A stretch of 64,000 bases of DNA, taken from Bryobacterales bacterium (lineage in GTDB: Bacteria; Acidobacteriota; Terriglobia; Bryobacterales; UBA6623). The notes beneath the pieces are model-generated. The model did not search any database. It had not been told where the DNA came from and saw only the letters and a program-made list of their open reading frames with translations. The stretch is from the NCBI GenBank assembly GCA_963422375.2, contig OY729427.2, positions 256,001 to 320,000 on the forward strand. Direction: 5' to 3'. Each line of letters starts with the position of its first letter. Within the stretch, counting starts at the first letter, position 1. The position numbers and the translations under genes are program-made. Shown here piece by piece: positions 10,702 through 20,928 of the stretch.

Positions 10702-12005
10702 CGGCCATCAAGGAAGGGCTTGGACTCGAGGATCCTCCGATGCAGCGGAATCGAGGTCTTGACCCCTTCCACGACGAACATGGAGAGCGCACGCTTCATG
10801 CGGCGGATCGCGTCGGGCCGGGTCGCCCCGAACGCAGTCACCTTGGCGATCAGGGAGTCGTAGTGGGGCTGGACGTGCCAGCCGGAGTACGCCGCGCTGT
10901 CGACGCGTATGCCCGGACCGCCGGGAGGCACGTAGCGCTCGATCCGTCCCGCGGAGGGCAGGAAGGTCCGGGGATCCTCCGCGTTCACCCGGCACTCGAT
11001 CGCGCAACCCCGGACCTCGACCGGCCCGGGCACCGCCGCTTCAAGCGGCTCGCCGGCCGCAAGCAGGAGCTGCGCCCTGACGAGGTCGATCCCGGACACC
11101 GCTTCGGTCACCGGATGCTCGACCTGGATGCGGGCGTTCATCTCGATGAAGTGGAGGTCGCCGCTCTCGTCCATGAGGAATTCGACCGTGCCCGCGTTCG
11201 AATAGCCGATCGAGGCGAGCGCCCGCGCCAGGACCTCGCCGGCGCGGGCGCGCGACTCGGCGCTCATCCCGTTGGCGGGCGCCTCCTCCAGCAGCTTCTG
11301 ATGGCGCCGCTGGATCGAGCACTCGCGCTCGCCCACCGACACGACCTTGCCGCGCTCGTCCGCGAGCACCTGGAACTCGATGTGCCGGGGGCGCTCGACA
11401 TACTTCTCTAGGTAGACCTGGCCGCTGCCGAAGGCGGCACCGGCCTCGGCGCTGGCCCGACGGAAGGCGCCTTCGATCTCGCCGAGGTCGCGCACCACGC
11501 GCATGCCCCGGCCGCCGCCTCCCGCCGCCGCCTTCAGAATCACGGGCAGGCCCACTTCAGCCGCCAGGGCGCTCGCCTCGGCGGCGCTGCCGAGAGGCTC
11601 CTCGGAGCCGGGCATTACCGGAATGCCCGCCGCGGCGGCGGCCCTGCGCGCCCGGGCCTTGTCGCCCATCAGGCGAATGGCTTCGGCGCTCGGGCCCACG
11701 AACCGAATGCCGCAGTCGCGGCAGATCTCCGCGAAGCGGGCGTCCTCGGCGAGGAACCCGTAGCCGGGGTGAATCGCGTCCACGTCGGCGATCTCGGCGG
11801 CGCTGATGATCGCGGGCACGCTCAGGTAGCTGTGCGAGCTGCGCGCCTCGCCGATGCAGATCGCCTCGTCGGCGAGCTCCACGTGCAGGGCGTCCCGGTC
11901 GACGGTCGAGTACACCGCGACCGTCTTGGCGCCCAGCTCGCGGCACGCGGCGATGATGCGCAGCGCGATCTCGCCGCGATTCGCGATCAGGACCTTGTCG
12001 AACAT
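10665..12005 (-). CDS. accC: Acetyl-CoA carboxylase biotin carboxylase subunit
   Basis: KVLIANRGEIALR, HPGYGFLAE, GGGGRGMR, RECSIQRRHQK, FIEMNARIQVEHPVTE. Confidence 0.97.
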   Translation of the reverse strand: MFDKVLIANRGEIALRIIAACRELGAKTVAVYSTVDRDALHVELADEAICIGEARSSHSYLSVPAIISAAEIADVDAIHPGYGFLAEDARFAEICRDCGIRFVGPSAEAIRLMGDKARARRAAAAAGIPVMPGSEEPLGSAAEASALAAEVGLPVILKAAAGGGGRGMRVVRDLGEIEGAFRRASAEAGAAFGSGQVYLEKYVERPRHIEFQVLADERGKVVSVGERECSIQRRHQKLLEEAPANGMSAESRARAGEVLARALASIGYSNAGTVEFLMDESGDLHFIEMNARIQVEHPVTEAVSGIDLVRAQLLLAAGEPLEAAVPGPVEVRGCAIECRVNAEDPRTFLPSAGRIERYVPPGGPGIRVDSAAYSGWHVQPHYDSLIAKVTAFGATRPDAIRRMKRALSMFVVEGVKTSIPLHRRILESKPFLDGRYDTRFIEEMGL

Positions 12006-12018
12006 GCCCGGCGGCGCG

Positions 12019-12436
<418 letters not shown>

Positions 12437-12462
<26 letters not shown>

Positions 12463-13564
12463 CTTTAATTGATTCCGGTCCTTCCAGCACGCGCAACGCC
12501 CGAGGCGTGCGCGTGAGCACATCGCAGCCGCTCTCTGTCACCGCGACGACATCCTCGATGCGCACGCCGACCCGCCCCGGCAGATAGACCCCGGGCTCGA
12601 CCGTGACCACCATGCCCGACCGCAGCCGCTGGCGCACCTTCGGCCCAATGCGGGGCCGCTCGTGGATTTCCAAGCCAAGTCCGTGGCCTGTCGAATGAGT
12701 GAAAAGCGTGTCGAGTCTGACGCCGTCGACGCTTCGGCTCTTCAACGCCAAGCGGGCGGCCCGATCCACCGTCCGGCATTCGACGCCGTCGCGTATCGCG
12801 TCGACCGCGGCTTCGTGGGCCTCTAGCACAGCTTGGATGAGGGTCCCGTCGGCCTCGTCCGGATGACCGAGCGCAACCATCCGGGTCATGTCGCTGCAAT
12901 ACCCACAGAGTGTAGCACCCTGGTCCACGACCACGGGCCTGCCGGGCTCGACGACGCGGTCGCCCGGCTCGGCGTGCGGCAGCGCCCCCTGCGCGCCGGC
13001 AGCGACGATGGTGGGAAAGGAAGCACCCTCCGCGCCCAGGCGGCGCATGCGGAATTCGATCTCGGCCGCGAGACGCGCCTCGGTCCAGCCCGGCCGCATG
13101 AAGGCGCAAGCCTGGTCGAACGCGCGCGAGTTGAGCAGAACGGAGTTCCTGATTGCCTCGATCTCGGCGGGACTCTTGCGGGCCCGCAAGCGCTCCACGC
13201 CGGAGTCCACGGGAACGAGCTTGCAGCGCGGCAGCTCCTGCCCCAAGTAGCTGTAGGCGGCGTAGGACAACCGGTTCGACTCGAATCCGAGGATCCGCGG
13301 TGCGCGGTTGCGGAGGGCGGCGGCGAAGGCGAAGCGGGCGTCGCCCTCGGAGATCTCAAGGGCGATGCCGTCGGTTTGCGCCGACGCCTGGACGCGATAG
13401 CGGGCGTCCGTGAACAGGGTCGCCCGGTCGGGCTCGACCAGAAGATGGCCCGCGCTGCCCGAGAATCCGGTCAGATAGCGGATGTTCGGCAGGGCCGAGA
13501 CATAGAGGAGATCCACGCGCACGCTGCGGCGCAGCGCGCTCAGGCGTGCCGAGTGCTGGTCCAT
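12437..13564 (-). CDS. Xaa-Pro amino/dipeptidase (M24 family)
   Basis: NIRYLTGFSGS, TDARY, VDQG...YCSDMTR, HSTGHGLGLEIHE, TVEPGVY, GVRIED; start MDQHSARL at 13564. Confidence 0.93.
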
Positions 13565-13638
13565 GCCCTGCCAAGCCCGCGCGCGGCTCGCGGGCCGTCG
13601 CCCATGATACGAATCGCGGCGTCGCCTCCCGGCCGCGG

Positions 13639-16041
13639 TCACCAAAAGTAGCGGATTCTCAGGCTGGCCGTGAACGGCTGGATGGTTCTCGTGCCCACGA
13701 ACACGGACTGGAAGCTGTACAGGCCCTTGCGGTTGGTGAGGTTCGAGATCTGTACCGCGATCTCCCAAGCCTTGCGGTCGCCGCGGAGGTGCTCGTAGCC
13801 GACCGCCGCGTCGACAACCGTCCGCGGCCGGATGCGGGGCGGATCGCCCAGCAGGTCGACGTACGGAAGCTGGTCGAAGTAGTCGGGATCCCCCGCCACT
13901 TCTTCCGGGTCGGAGGGATTCGACACCAGCCCGCTGTCGTGCCGCACCTGCCAGCTGGACCACCAGCGCTTCGCGGGCCGGTAGATCAGGCTCGCGCTCA
14001 TGCCGAGCGCCTGGTCGTGGTCGATCACCATCGGCCCTTGGCCGAGAGCGTCCAAGGCAGCTCCTCCCAGGAACAGCCCTCCCGTGAACGGAGGCGTCAT
14101 GATCGCGCGGAAGTGCGTGAGGCTGAGCGAGCCAGACAGTCTCCGCGTCTCCGGGACCACCAGGCGGGCCTCGAAGCCGTTGACCCGCGACAGCGCCAGG
14201 GACGTGGGGAAGATGATCCCAGTATCCAGGAAGTTGTCGTTGTCCTGGGCGTTCGTCGAGTTCTTGTGGTAGTAGACGGCGTCCACCGAGGCGCGGCCCC
14301 GGATGTCCTGCTGGAGCCCGACCTCGTAGACGTTCTGGCGCTGGGGCTGGATGGCGACCACCCCGCCGTTCATGACGCGCTGCACCTCGGGCTGGGCCAA
14401 GGAGGCGGACTCGGTGGAATTCGCCAGGAGGAGATTCTCGTTCGGCGGGGTCTGGAGGTTGCGGTTGTACGAGGCGCGGAAGACCGTGCCGGTCCGTCCC
14501 AAGTGGTAGGCCAGCCCTGCGCGCGGCTGCAGCTCGCTCGAGATCCCGATCATCGAGTACCGGTCGAAGCGCAAGCCGAGGTCGAAGACCAGACGCCGCC
14601 ATTTCCACAGGTCCTGAACGAAGGCGGAGAGGATCGTGCCTGCGTCGCTCGCCCGGAACCGGAACCGCCGGCCGCCGCGCGAGATGTCGTGGGGCAGGAG
14701 ATTCGGATTGAAGCCGGGTGCGGCGGGGTCGTTGACCGAAGGGTCGGTCAGGCCGAAAGAGAAGCTCTCGCCGAGGGCGAACCGCTGCCCGTCAAAGCCG
14801 GCCCGGAGCTGGTGGGAGCCGCGCCGCCAGTTCACGCGGTTGAGCGAGGACAGGGTCCCGAGAGTCCGGAAGAGCGCCGCGGTCACGGGAACGTCGCCGG
14901 CGCTTGGCCGGAGCTCCGCGACCGTGCCGCGGTACGAGGTCGTGGAGTCGAAGGTGGCGGCCGGCGACAGCACGCGCAGGTAGCCGAACGAAAAGGAGCG
15001 GTCCCCGAGTTCCCTGCGCTGGCGCTGGCCGTTGGCGTGCTGGCTGCGCAGGTTCGCCAGCTGGAACGACGAGCGCCCGGCCATGGCGCTGATTCGGAGC
15101 ACGTCGCGGGCTGACCGGTGCCAGTCGAACCGGGCCGATCCGCGCTGCGCGTTGCCGCCGTTGTGGAGGTTGTCGAACGAGGGGGAGTCCAGGAAGCGGT
15201 TGCTCTTCACGCCGGACAGCGAGGCGAACCATCCGAGGCTGGATTGCGCCCCTCCGGCCTGGACCGCCTGGGAGTGCGTGTCGAAGCCGCCGCCACCGAC
15301 CTCGGCTTGGCCGAAGCTGCGCCCGCCGCCGTCGAAGCCGGACCGGGTGGTGACCTTCACCACGCCAGACACCTTCGCGCCGTACTCGGGAGGGATGTTG
15401 CCGGTGAAGAGCTCGAGCGAATGGACCAAGTTGGGATCCACCGAGGTCGCGAACTGGCCCGAGAACTGGTCGCTGATCGGCATGCCGTCGATGACGTAGG
15501 TGAGCTGGTTGTGCGCACCGCGCGTATGGAGCGTGCCGTTGGCGTTGGCGGCGAAGCCGGGGAATCCCAGCAGGAGGGCCTCGAGACCCCGCGCTCCGGT
15601 GGCGACTGGCAGCTTGTCGATGATCCGCCGGCTCAGACGGGACTTGGTGCCGCTCGCCTCAGGATCGAGCAGTTCCGATCGCTCGCTGGCATCGACTGAC
15701 ACGGTCTCGGAGAGAACCAGGAGGGCGAGCCTGACCTCCACCGACAACGGCACATTGGACCGCAGCTCGATCCTGCGTCGGCTCGGACGGAACCCCGGCC
15801 GGCTAACTTCAAGCAGGTAGGCTTGCAGCGGAAGGTTCGAGAGCCGGAAGCTCCCCTGCCCGTCGGTGCGTGCCTTGACCTCCAATCCGGACAGCGGATG
15901 GGAGAGGCGAATCTCGGCCCGGGGCAGCGCTGCATCGGTGGGGTCGACCACCGTGCCTTGGAGCGTCGCGGACGACTGCCCCGCACTCTGGCCATGAACA
16001 AGAACCAAAGTTAGGGAAAGCAATAATGAATTCCACAGCAT
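13639..16041 (-). CDS. TonB-dependent receptor (probable metal uptake)
   Basis: Signal peptide, carboxypeptidase-regulatory-like N-domain (GTVVDPTDAALP), plug (RGAHNQLTYVIDG), barrel ending in aromatic RYFW. Confidence 0.88.
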   Translation of the reverse strand: MLWNSLLLSLTLVLVHGQSAGQSSATLQGTVVDPTDAALPRAEIRLSHPLSGLEVKARTDGQGSFRLSNLPLQAYLLEVSRPGFRPSRRRIELRSNVPLSVEVRLALLVLSETVSVDASERSELLDPEASGTKSRLSRRIIDKLPVATGARGLEALLLGFPGFAANANGTLHTRGAHNQLTYVIDGMPISDQFSGQFATSVDPNLVHSLELFTGNIPPEYGAKVSGVVKVTTRSGFDGGGRSFGQAEVGGGGFDTHSQAVQAGGAQSSLGWFASLSGVKSNRFLDSPSFDNLHNGGNAQRGSARFDWHRSARDVLRISAMAGRSSFQLANLRSQHANGQRQRRELGDRSFSFGYLRVLSPAATFDSTTSYRGTVAELRPSAGDVPVTAALFRTLGTLSSLNRVNWRRGSHQLRAGFDGQRFALGESFSFGLTDPSVNDPAAPGFNPNLLPHDISRGGRRFRFRASDAGTILSAFVQDLWKWRRLVFDLGLRFDRYSMIGISSELQPRAGLAYHLGRTGTVFRASYNRNLQTPPNENLLLANSTESASLAQPEVQRVMNGGVVAIQPQRQNVYEVGLQQDIRGRASVDAVYYHKNSTNAQDNDNFLDTGIIFPTSLALSRVNGFEARLVVPETRRLSGSLSLTHFRAIMTPPFTGGLFLGGAALDALGQGPMVIDHDQALGMSASLIYRPAKRWWSSWQVRHDSGLVSNPSDPEEVAGDPDYFDQLPYVDLLGDPPRIRPRTVVDAAVGYEHLRGDRKAWEIAVQISNLTNRKGLYSFQSVFVGTRTIQPFTASLRIRYFW

Positions 16042-16053
16042 TGTGAGTTTGCA

Positions 16054-16071
16054 ATTTAGGCAAGCCTAAAT
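16054..16071. promoter_or_regulatory. Perfect palindrome ATTTAGGC-AA-GCCTAAAT, DtxR/MntR/SirR-like operator
   Basis: 8-bp perfect arms ending 12 nt before the TBDR ATG, downstream of a minus-strand extended -10 TGA-TATACT (16087-16095). Confidence 0.7.
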
Positions 16072-16279
16072 CTCGCGTATGGCCGAAGTATATCACGGGC
16101 GGGCGCTGCATCAGGGCCGCGGCTCCACGGGCGGCCGATTCCGGCGGGGGGCACGGCTGAGCGAGCCGCCCTGCCGAAGGCGACTACAGGCCTCACGCGA
16201 CGGCGCGCATGCGCCGCTTGGCGCTCACTGCCCGTGCTTGGAGTCGTTCCAGACGGTGTGCAGCGGGCCGTCGCGCGGG

Positions 16280-16700
16280 GGATAGTGAGGGCGACCGAGC
16301 CGTGCCATGCGCCAGCTCACGCCGCAGAAGCCCGGCTTCCGCGCGTCCCAGCGGTGGCATGTGCGGATGGCCAATTGGGTCTGCTCCAAGTTCCCTGAAG
16401 ACCAGCGCGAAGTCCAGCAGGCGGGGGCCCGCTTGGGGTCGCCGGCACCGCGGGCATGCGCTCCGGCTGCCATGCCCGGCAGAGGTCGGGGATGCCCGGG
16501 CGGATTGTTCCGCTGCACAGGCCTCCCCGGAAACGCTCAAGGTTCAGCGAATCAGGAATCTATCCAAGTCGGCCAGCAATCCGAGTGATCCCGCTGGAAA
16601 GTCAGCGCCCACAAGGAGCGGCGCCACTTGACGCTGGTGCAGGCATGAATCCCTCGAGCACGAGGTGCATGCTGATCCCCCGCGTCCGTGCGACTGGCGC
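16280..16700 (-). pseudogene. Highly degraded rve-type integrase/transposase remnant
   Basis: Frame fragments SSGNLEQTQLAIRTCHRWDARKPGFCG and ELAHG resemble the LLKxQIPIRT..WD..PGFxExDLVAH motif of ISNCY-like integrases; stops and frameshifts. Confidence 0.35.
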
Positions 16701-17148
16701 GCCCGAAGTCCGGCGTGAGCGTTGGCAGCGTCAGACCGGGGCGGCCACCAACACGTGCGGCAGTCCCTTGGTCCGGAGTCCGCGGCACGCGTAACCCTGA
16801 TTCCAAGATCTTGCATTCCTGTCCGGGCCCGACGGCTGCCTCCGCCGGGCCCGAACAGTCTCGCTCCACGCCGCCTCAGGCGTCCCAAGCGCGGGGCGAT
16901 GCCGCTCCTGCCCAAGTGCGGCGGCGTACTCGAGGCGTGCGCCGGAATCAGACAGTTGCTAGTCGGTTCAGCTGTGAACTCTGACGGGCCGCTGTCGAGG
17001 TCGGTTCCCGACGGGCGTCGATGGGCAGGTCGAGTCCCTCAACAGCATGATGCGCCGAGCTAGGCCGGTCCCGCCGAGCACCGTCGATTGTGCATCATGG
17101 TCGCATCTTGATCCTGGAAGATAATTTTCTAATCGCATCCCAGCGCAC

Positions 17149-17176
17149 TTGCAACTCTAATTTTATTCGCTACAAT
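17149..17176 (+). promoter_or_regulatory. Sigma70-like promoter TTGCAA-16-TACAAT
   Basis: Near-consensus boxes in an AT-rich patch; no convincing CDS until 17690. Confidence 0.5.
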
Positions 17177-17689
17177 AGTTCCAAGAGGCATTGTCATGGG
17201 AGTCATCCAAGGTAGCGGAGCGGGGCATTCAACCCCTGTCCGGCCAAGGGTGGCTGCCGACTGTGGCCGGGATCGCGAGGAGCGTTCCAGCGACAAGCCC
17301 GGGGGTGTCCGGGCGTGAAGCATCCGCCAAGCCCCGACGGGAGCGACGCCCGATTCCCAGAACTTGGAAGAGGAGCAGCCTGATAATCAGATTTGCAACA
17401 TCCTATGATCGAACATCTAGTGAACAGCACGGAGATCAAGACTTCATGAACGGAGTCACACGCCTGGCGAGGCTAGCCCAACGGTCGCTGCCCCGCCGAG
17501 CCAGCGCGGGACGCTGCGGCCCGGACAGGGGAGCTCGTCCCCTGCCCCGGAGGCGGGGCGCACCCTCCGCGCACCCGCGACGGGCTCCAGTCCGCATGGA
17601 GCGGCCGCAGCGCACAGCACGGTTGCGGCGGTTGACCGGTGTGCGGAGCACGCAGCAGCGCGACGGCGGTCGCAGAAAGGGGTGACGGG

Positions 17690-18670
17690 ATGATCCCCAT
17701 GCCCAACGACGCCTTCTACAAGCTCTGCTTCGGCACGCCCGCGGTGGTGGCCGACCTGCTGCGCGGCTTTGCCGATGGGAACTGGGTCGGGCAGATGGAC
17801 CTGCGATCATTGCGCGCCGTCCCAACGCACTTCGTCGACGAGAGCCTGGGCCAGCGCGTGTGCGACACGGTGTGGAGCGTGAAGTATCGCGGCGAGAGCG
17901 AGCGGCGCGTATACCTGATCCTAGAGTTCCAGTCGAATGTGAAGCGGCGGATGGCCGTGCGGCTGCTGCGCTACGCCAGCATGCTGTACGAGGAGCTATT
18001 CGATCGCGGCGAGGCGTCGCCGAAGGATCCGCCCGCGATTTGCCCGCAGGTGATCTACAATGGGCGCAAGCTGTGGACCGCGCGAACGGATATCGGGGGC
18101 CCGGCAGGGATCCGGGAGACCGTGGGGCCGGGCCGGGTGGCGTTGGACTATCGGCTGCTGGACGCGCGGCCGGAACGTTTGGACGTGCCGGGCTTGGAAG
18201 GGAACATCGTGGCGGCGCTGTTCCGGTACGAGCGCAACCGTGACGTGTCCAAGGCGGCGGTGCTGGCAGAGGCCGTGGTGCAAGCGCTGGGGAAGGCGGG
18301 CGCGAGCAGGCCGAGGAGAGCGTTTCTCGTCTGGGTGAACGACCGGCTGCCCAAGCGGTTCCCCGGGGAGACGCTGCCGGAGATCGAGGATGGGGAGGAG
18401 AGAGTCGCGATGATGGAAGCAAGGTTCGTCGAATTGGAGCAGCAGTTGCTGAGCCAAGGCCGGGTCGAAGGCCGGGTCGAAGGCCGAATGGAGGGAACGA
18501 AGGCCGTGCTGTCGCGACAGGCGCGTCGGCTCCACGGCGAAGCCGTGGCGCTCCTGTTCAGCCGCTGGCTCGAGGCCTGCACGGACCCGCAGCAGCTGGA
18601 CGCCGCCGCGGACTGGATCGCGGACTGCGACACGGCCGAGGCCCTGCTGGCGCGCTTGAACGGCCAGTGA
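17690..18670 (+). CDS. Rpn (YhgA-like) PD-(D/E)XK nuclease / putative transposase
   Basis: NDAFYKLCF, DLRSL, FVDESL..RVCDTVWSV, YLILEFQS, MAVRLLRY, VIYNG, C-terminal GRVEGRVEGRMEG repeats. Confidence 0.9.
   Translation: MIPMPNDAFYKLCFGTPAVVADLLRGFADGNWVGQMDLRSLRAVPTHFVDESLGQRVCDTVWSVKYRGESERRVYLILEFQSNVKRRMAVRLLRYASMLYEELFDRGEASPKDPPAICPQVIYNGRKLWTARTDIGGPAGIRETVGPGRVALDYRLLDARPERLDVPGLEGNIVAALFRYERNRDVSKAAVLAEAVVQALGKAGASRPRRAFLVWVNDRLPKRFPGETLPEIEDGEERVAMMEARFVELEQQLLSQGRVEGRVEGRMEGTKAVLSRQARRLHGEAVALLFSRWLEACTDPQQLDAAADWIADCDTAEALLARLNGQ
18410..18670 (+). CDS. Putative RpnS intragenic antitoxin (in-frame internal start, 86 aa)
   Basis: GGAGGAG at 18394-18400 then in-frame ATG ATG (18410, 18413) just before the EG repeats. 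Confidence 0.6.
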   Translation: MMEARFVELEQQLLSQGRVEGRVEGRMEGTKAVLSRQARRLHGEAVALLFSRWLEACTDPQQLDAAADWIADCDTAEALLARLNGQ

Positions 18671-18911
18671 GGGCGTTCTCATGGTGCAGCGAGGACGCCT
18701 CTAGCACCCTCAAGAAGACTGCAGAACGGTTTTCAGCGTGAAGTCGTCATGGGTTGCCCGCCCCTCCGATTGGAATAGTACGTTGCCTTGCACGAGCAAC
18801 TGTTTCGGACGGACTTAGCGGCACGGCACTTGCCCCGGTGGCTGAAGTCACATTGAGAGGATCTCAGAGTCCGAGTAGAGGTGCCAGATTCAGTTTTTTC
18901 TTAGATGAAAT

Positions 18912-19956
18912 CCTGATTACCCACAAGACTCAGCCAAGGTTAGGAGGCGGTAAGGCATGGGCGGGGTGCGCACGGAGGCGTGGAGCAGGCGGGGGACCAG
19001 CGCCTCCAGGTCGTAGCGGCGGTTGAAGCGGTAGCGGAACTCGGCGAGGTACCGCGGCAGGTGCTTGCCGTCGAGCGCATGGCAGGTTCCCGCCAGGGAC
19101 TGCTTGACGTGCGTCAGCATCGTGCTGACCCGGACGTTGACCCGGACGAAGCGGGAATCCCCGCAGCTCCGCTGGCCGCCTCCGGTGACGGCCGGCACGT
19201 GCTCGCAGCCGGCGCCGGCCACGCCCCGCAAGCAGGCCGGGCCGTCGGAATGCACCTCCGTGCCGGGCTGCAAGTGCCGCCCGGCCCACGCTGCCAGCGT
19301 CTTCTTGCGCAAGCCCGCCACGCTGCTCAGGCGCATCCTTGCCGGCTGGCCGGCGGCGGTGACCTGCACGGCGGCGACGAACGGCGTCTTGCCCGCCGCG
19401 CCGCGACCGCGCTTGCCGCCGCTCCGCTCCCCGCCCCGGTAGGCGTCGTCCACCTGCACGATGCCGGCCAGCGGCAGGCGCTCGTCGCGCTCCTTCAGCA
19501 CTGGCAGGAGCTTGTGCTGCACCTTCCAAGCCGTGTTCCGGCTCACGCCCAGCTGCCGCGCCAGTTCCAGCGACGAAACGCCGTGCTGGCCCTGCGTCAG
19601 CAGGTGGATCGCCAGCAACCGGACGGTCAGCGGCAGCTTGGTGGCGGCGAAGATCGTGCCGGCGACGAGGGAGGTCCGGCGGTGGCAGGCATGGCACTGC
19701 CACAGCTTGCGGGAGCGGATGCGGCAGTGCCGGCGGGAGCCGCACTCCGGGCAGCGGAAGCCGTCCGGCCAGCGGGCGTTGAAGACGGCCTGCTCGCATG
19801 GCCCCTCGCTGCCGTAGCGCTGCAGGAACTTGCCCAGGCTGAGTCCCTTCTGGCATTGCACGCGATTGCGTTTCATCTGCTATCCCCTTTCCTAGCAGAG
19901 ATTTCCGACCTCCTTCAGGATAGCCTATCCTCGGCTGACGTTCGTTGGTAATCAGG
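18912..19956 (-). mobile_element. IS1595-family insertion sequence
   Basis: Imperfect 33-bp TIRs CCTGATTACCcacaagacTCAGCCaAGGtTAGG / CCTGATTACCaacgaacgTCAGCCgAGGaTAGG; no target duplication seen. Confidence 0.9.
18917..19876 (-). CDS. IS1595-family DDE transposase
   Basis: Zn ribbon CPEC...CHAC, HTH, VQVDDAY, GKRGRG, VHSDG, YLAEFRYRFNRR; 12-bp internal duplication near 19126-19149 suggests decay. Confidence 0.92.
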   Translation of the reverse strand: MKRNRVQCQKGLSLGKFLQRYGSEGPCEQAVFNARWPDGFRCPECGSRRHCRIRSRKLWQCHACHRRTSLVAGTIFAATKLPLTVRLLAIHLLTQGQHGVSSLELARQLGVSRNTAWKVQHKLLPVLKERDERLPLAGIVQVDDAYRGGERSGGKRGRGAAGKTPFVAAVQVTAAGQPARMRLSSVAGLRKKTLAAWAGRHLQPGTEVHSDGPACLRGVAGAGCEHVPAVTGGGQRSCGDSRFVRVNVRVSTMLTHVKQSLAGTCHALDGKHLPRYLAEFRYRFNRRYDLEALVPRLLHASVRTPPMPYRLLTLAESCG

Positions 19957-19963
19957 ATCAGGT

Positions 19964-20383
19964 ATGAGTTTGTTCATTGTGAAGCAACTTCCAGTGTTGT
20001 CTCCAAAGTGCTACTTGGAACGGGCTGGCAACGGTCAGCACTTTTGTGAGCTCGTGATTTCCCGAGTAGTGGAGCTCTCATTCACATCAAACGAATTGGA
20101 GGGATTCGCAAGAGTTCTAGGGTACAATGGTAGGCCATTTATTTGGGATGTTCTTCGCCGTCACCGGCTACGCTGCGAGCTTGACGCAATCTTCGCACAC
20201 ATGTACAGGCTAGACCGCGGTGAACTCGAGTGGATACTGGATGCCCCACCCCCAAGCGCATCATTCCCAACGCTGAAGGCCAACGAAATCAAGCGATACG
20301 GCGAATACCGGACCAAGCGCTATGTTCTTGCTGCATACGAGAGACTGGCTCGCGGCGAGTCCCCGGACCTGGACGAAGGGTAG
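19964..20383 (+). pseudogene. C-terminal fragment of a large Eco57I/type IIG-like (DrmMI-like) N6 methyltransferase
   Basis: FIVKQLPVL...PFIWD..RRHRLRCELDAIFAHMY...YGEYRTKRYVL tail; begins right after the IS end; lower GC. Confidence 0.7.
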
Positions 20384-20823
20384 GCATCCATTCTCAGAAT
20401 TGTCGCTCCGATGCATCCAAGCAAGGGCTCCGGGGCTCGGAAGATTTCGTGAGGTCCCCCACACGAGCCAATCGGAAGTCGCTCCCCTATCTCCCGTAGA
20501 CATTGATCACTGACACCGTATCTGCAGTTGAGAAGCCTCGCGATGGCGTCCCCACCAGACATTCTAGCTTGCGGTGTGGATTGCACCAGGGCTCACATCA
20601 CTCGGCGCTAGTGACGTGCCGGACTATCGCGCCGGTCCGTCTCACGGGCATCGAAGGCTCCAAGAGAATGCTACACCGCGACCGAGCAAGATTCGAGGCG
20701 GCCCATAAAGCCGCAGAGTGTGGACCAGGCGTGCGCGCCTTACCGCTGCAACGGGAAACTAGCCACACCGAGCCAGTCCCTTCGTGACCAACGAATCGAG
20801 ATCGGCTGGAGCCGACGCCAGCA

Positions 20824-20852
20824 TTGACGGCGGGGCGCGACGCTGATACAGT
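20824..20852 (+). promoter_or_regulatory. Sigma70 promoter TTGACG-17-TACAGT for TBDR
   Basis: Consensus-like boxes with TG extension; AGGAGGA RBS before ATG 20929. Confidence 0.65.
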
Positions 20853-20928
20853 ATTCGTGGGATTCGTACCGCTTGCAGGGTTGCCGGCAGTACTTGTATC
20901 CCTTGTCGCGCCAATTCAGGAGGAACAG

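Noticed and set aside
13565..14608. Long N-terminal extension of the 723-aa ORF suggesting a peptidase fusion
   Set aside because: Off-frame overlap with the TBDR gene; the peptidase begins at 13564
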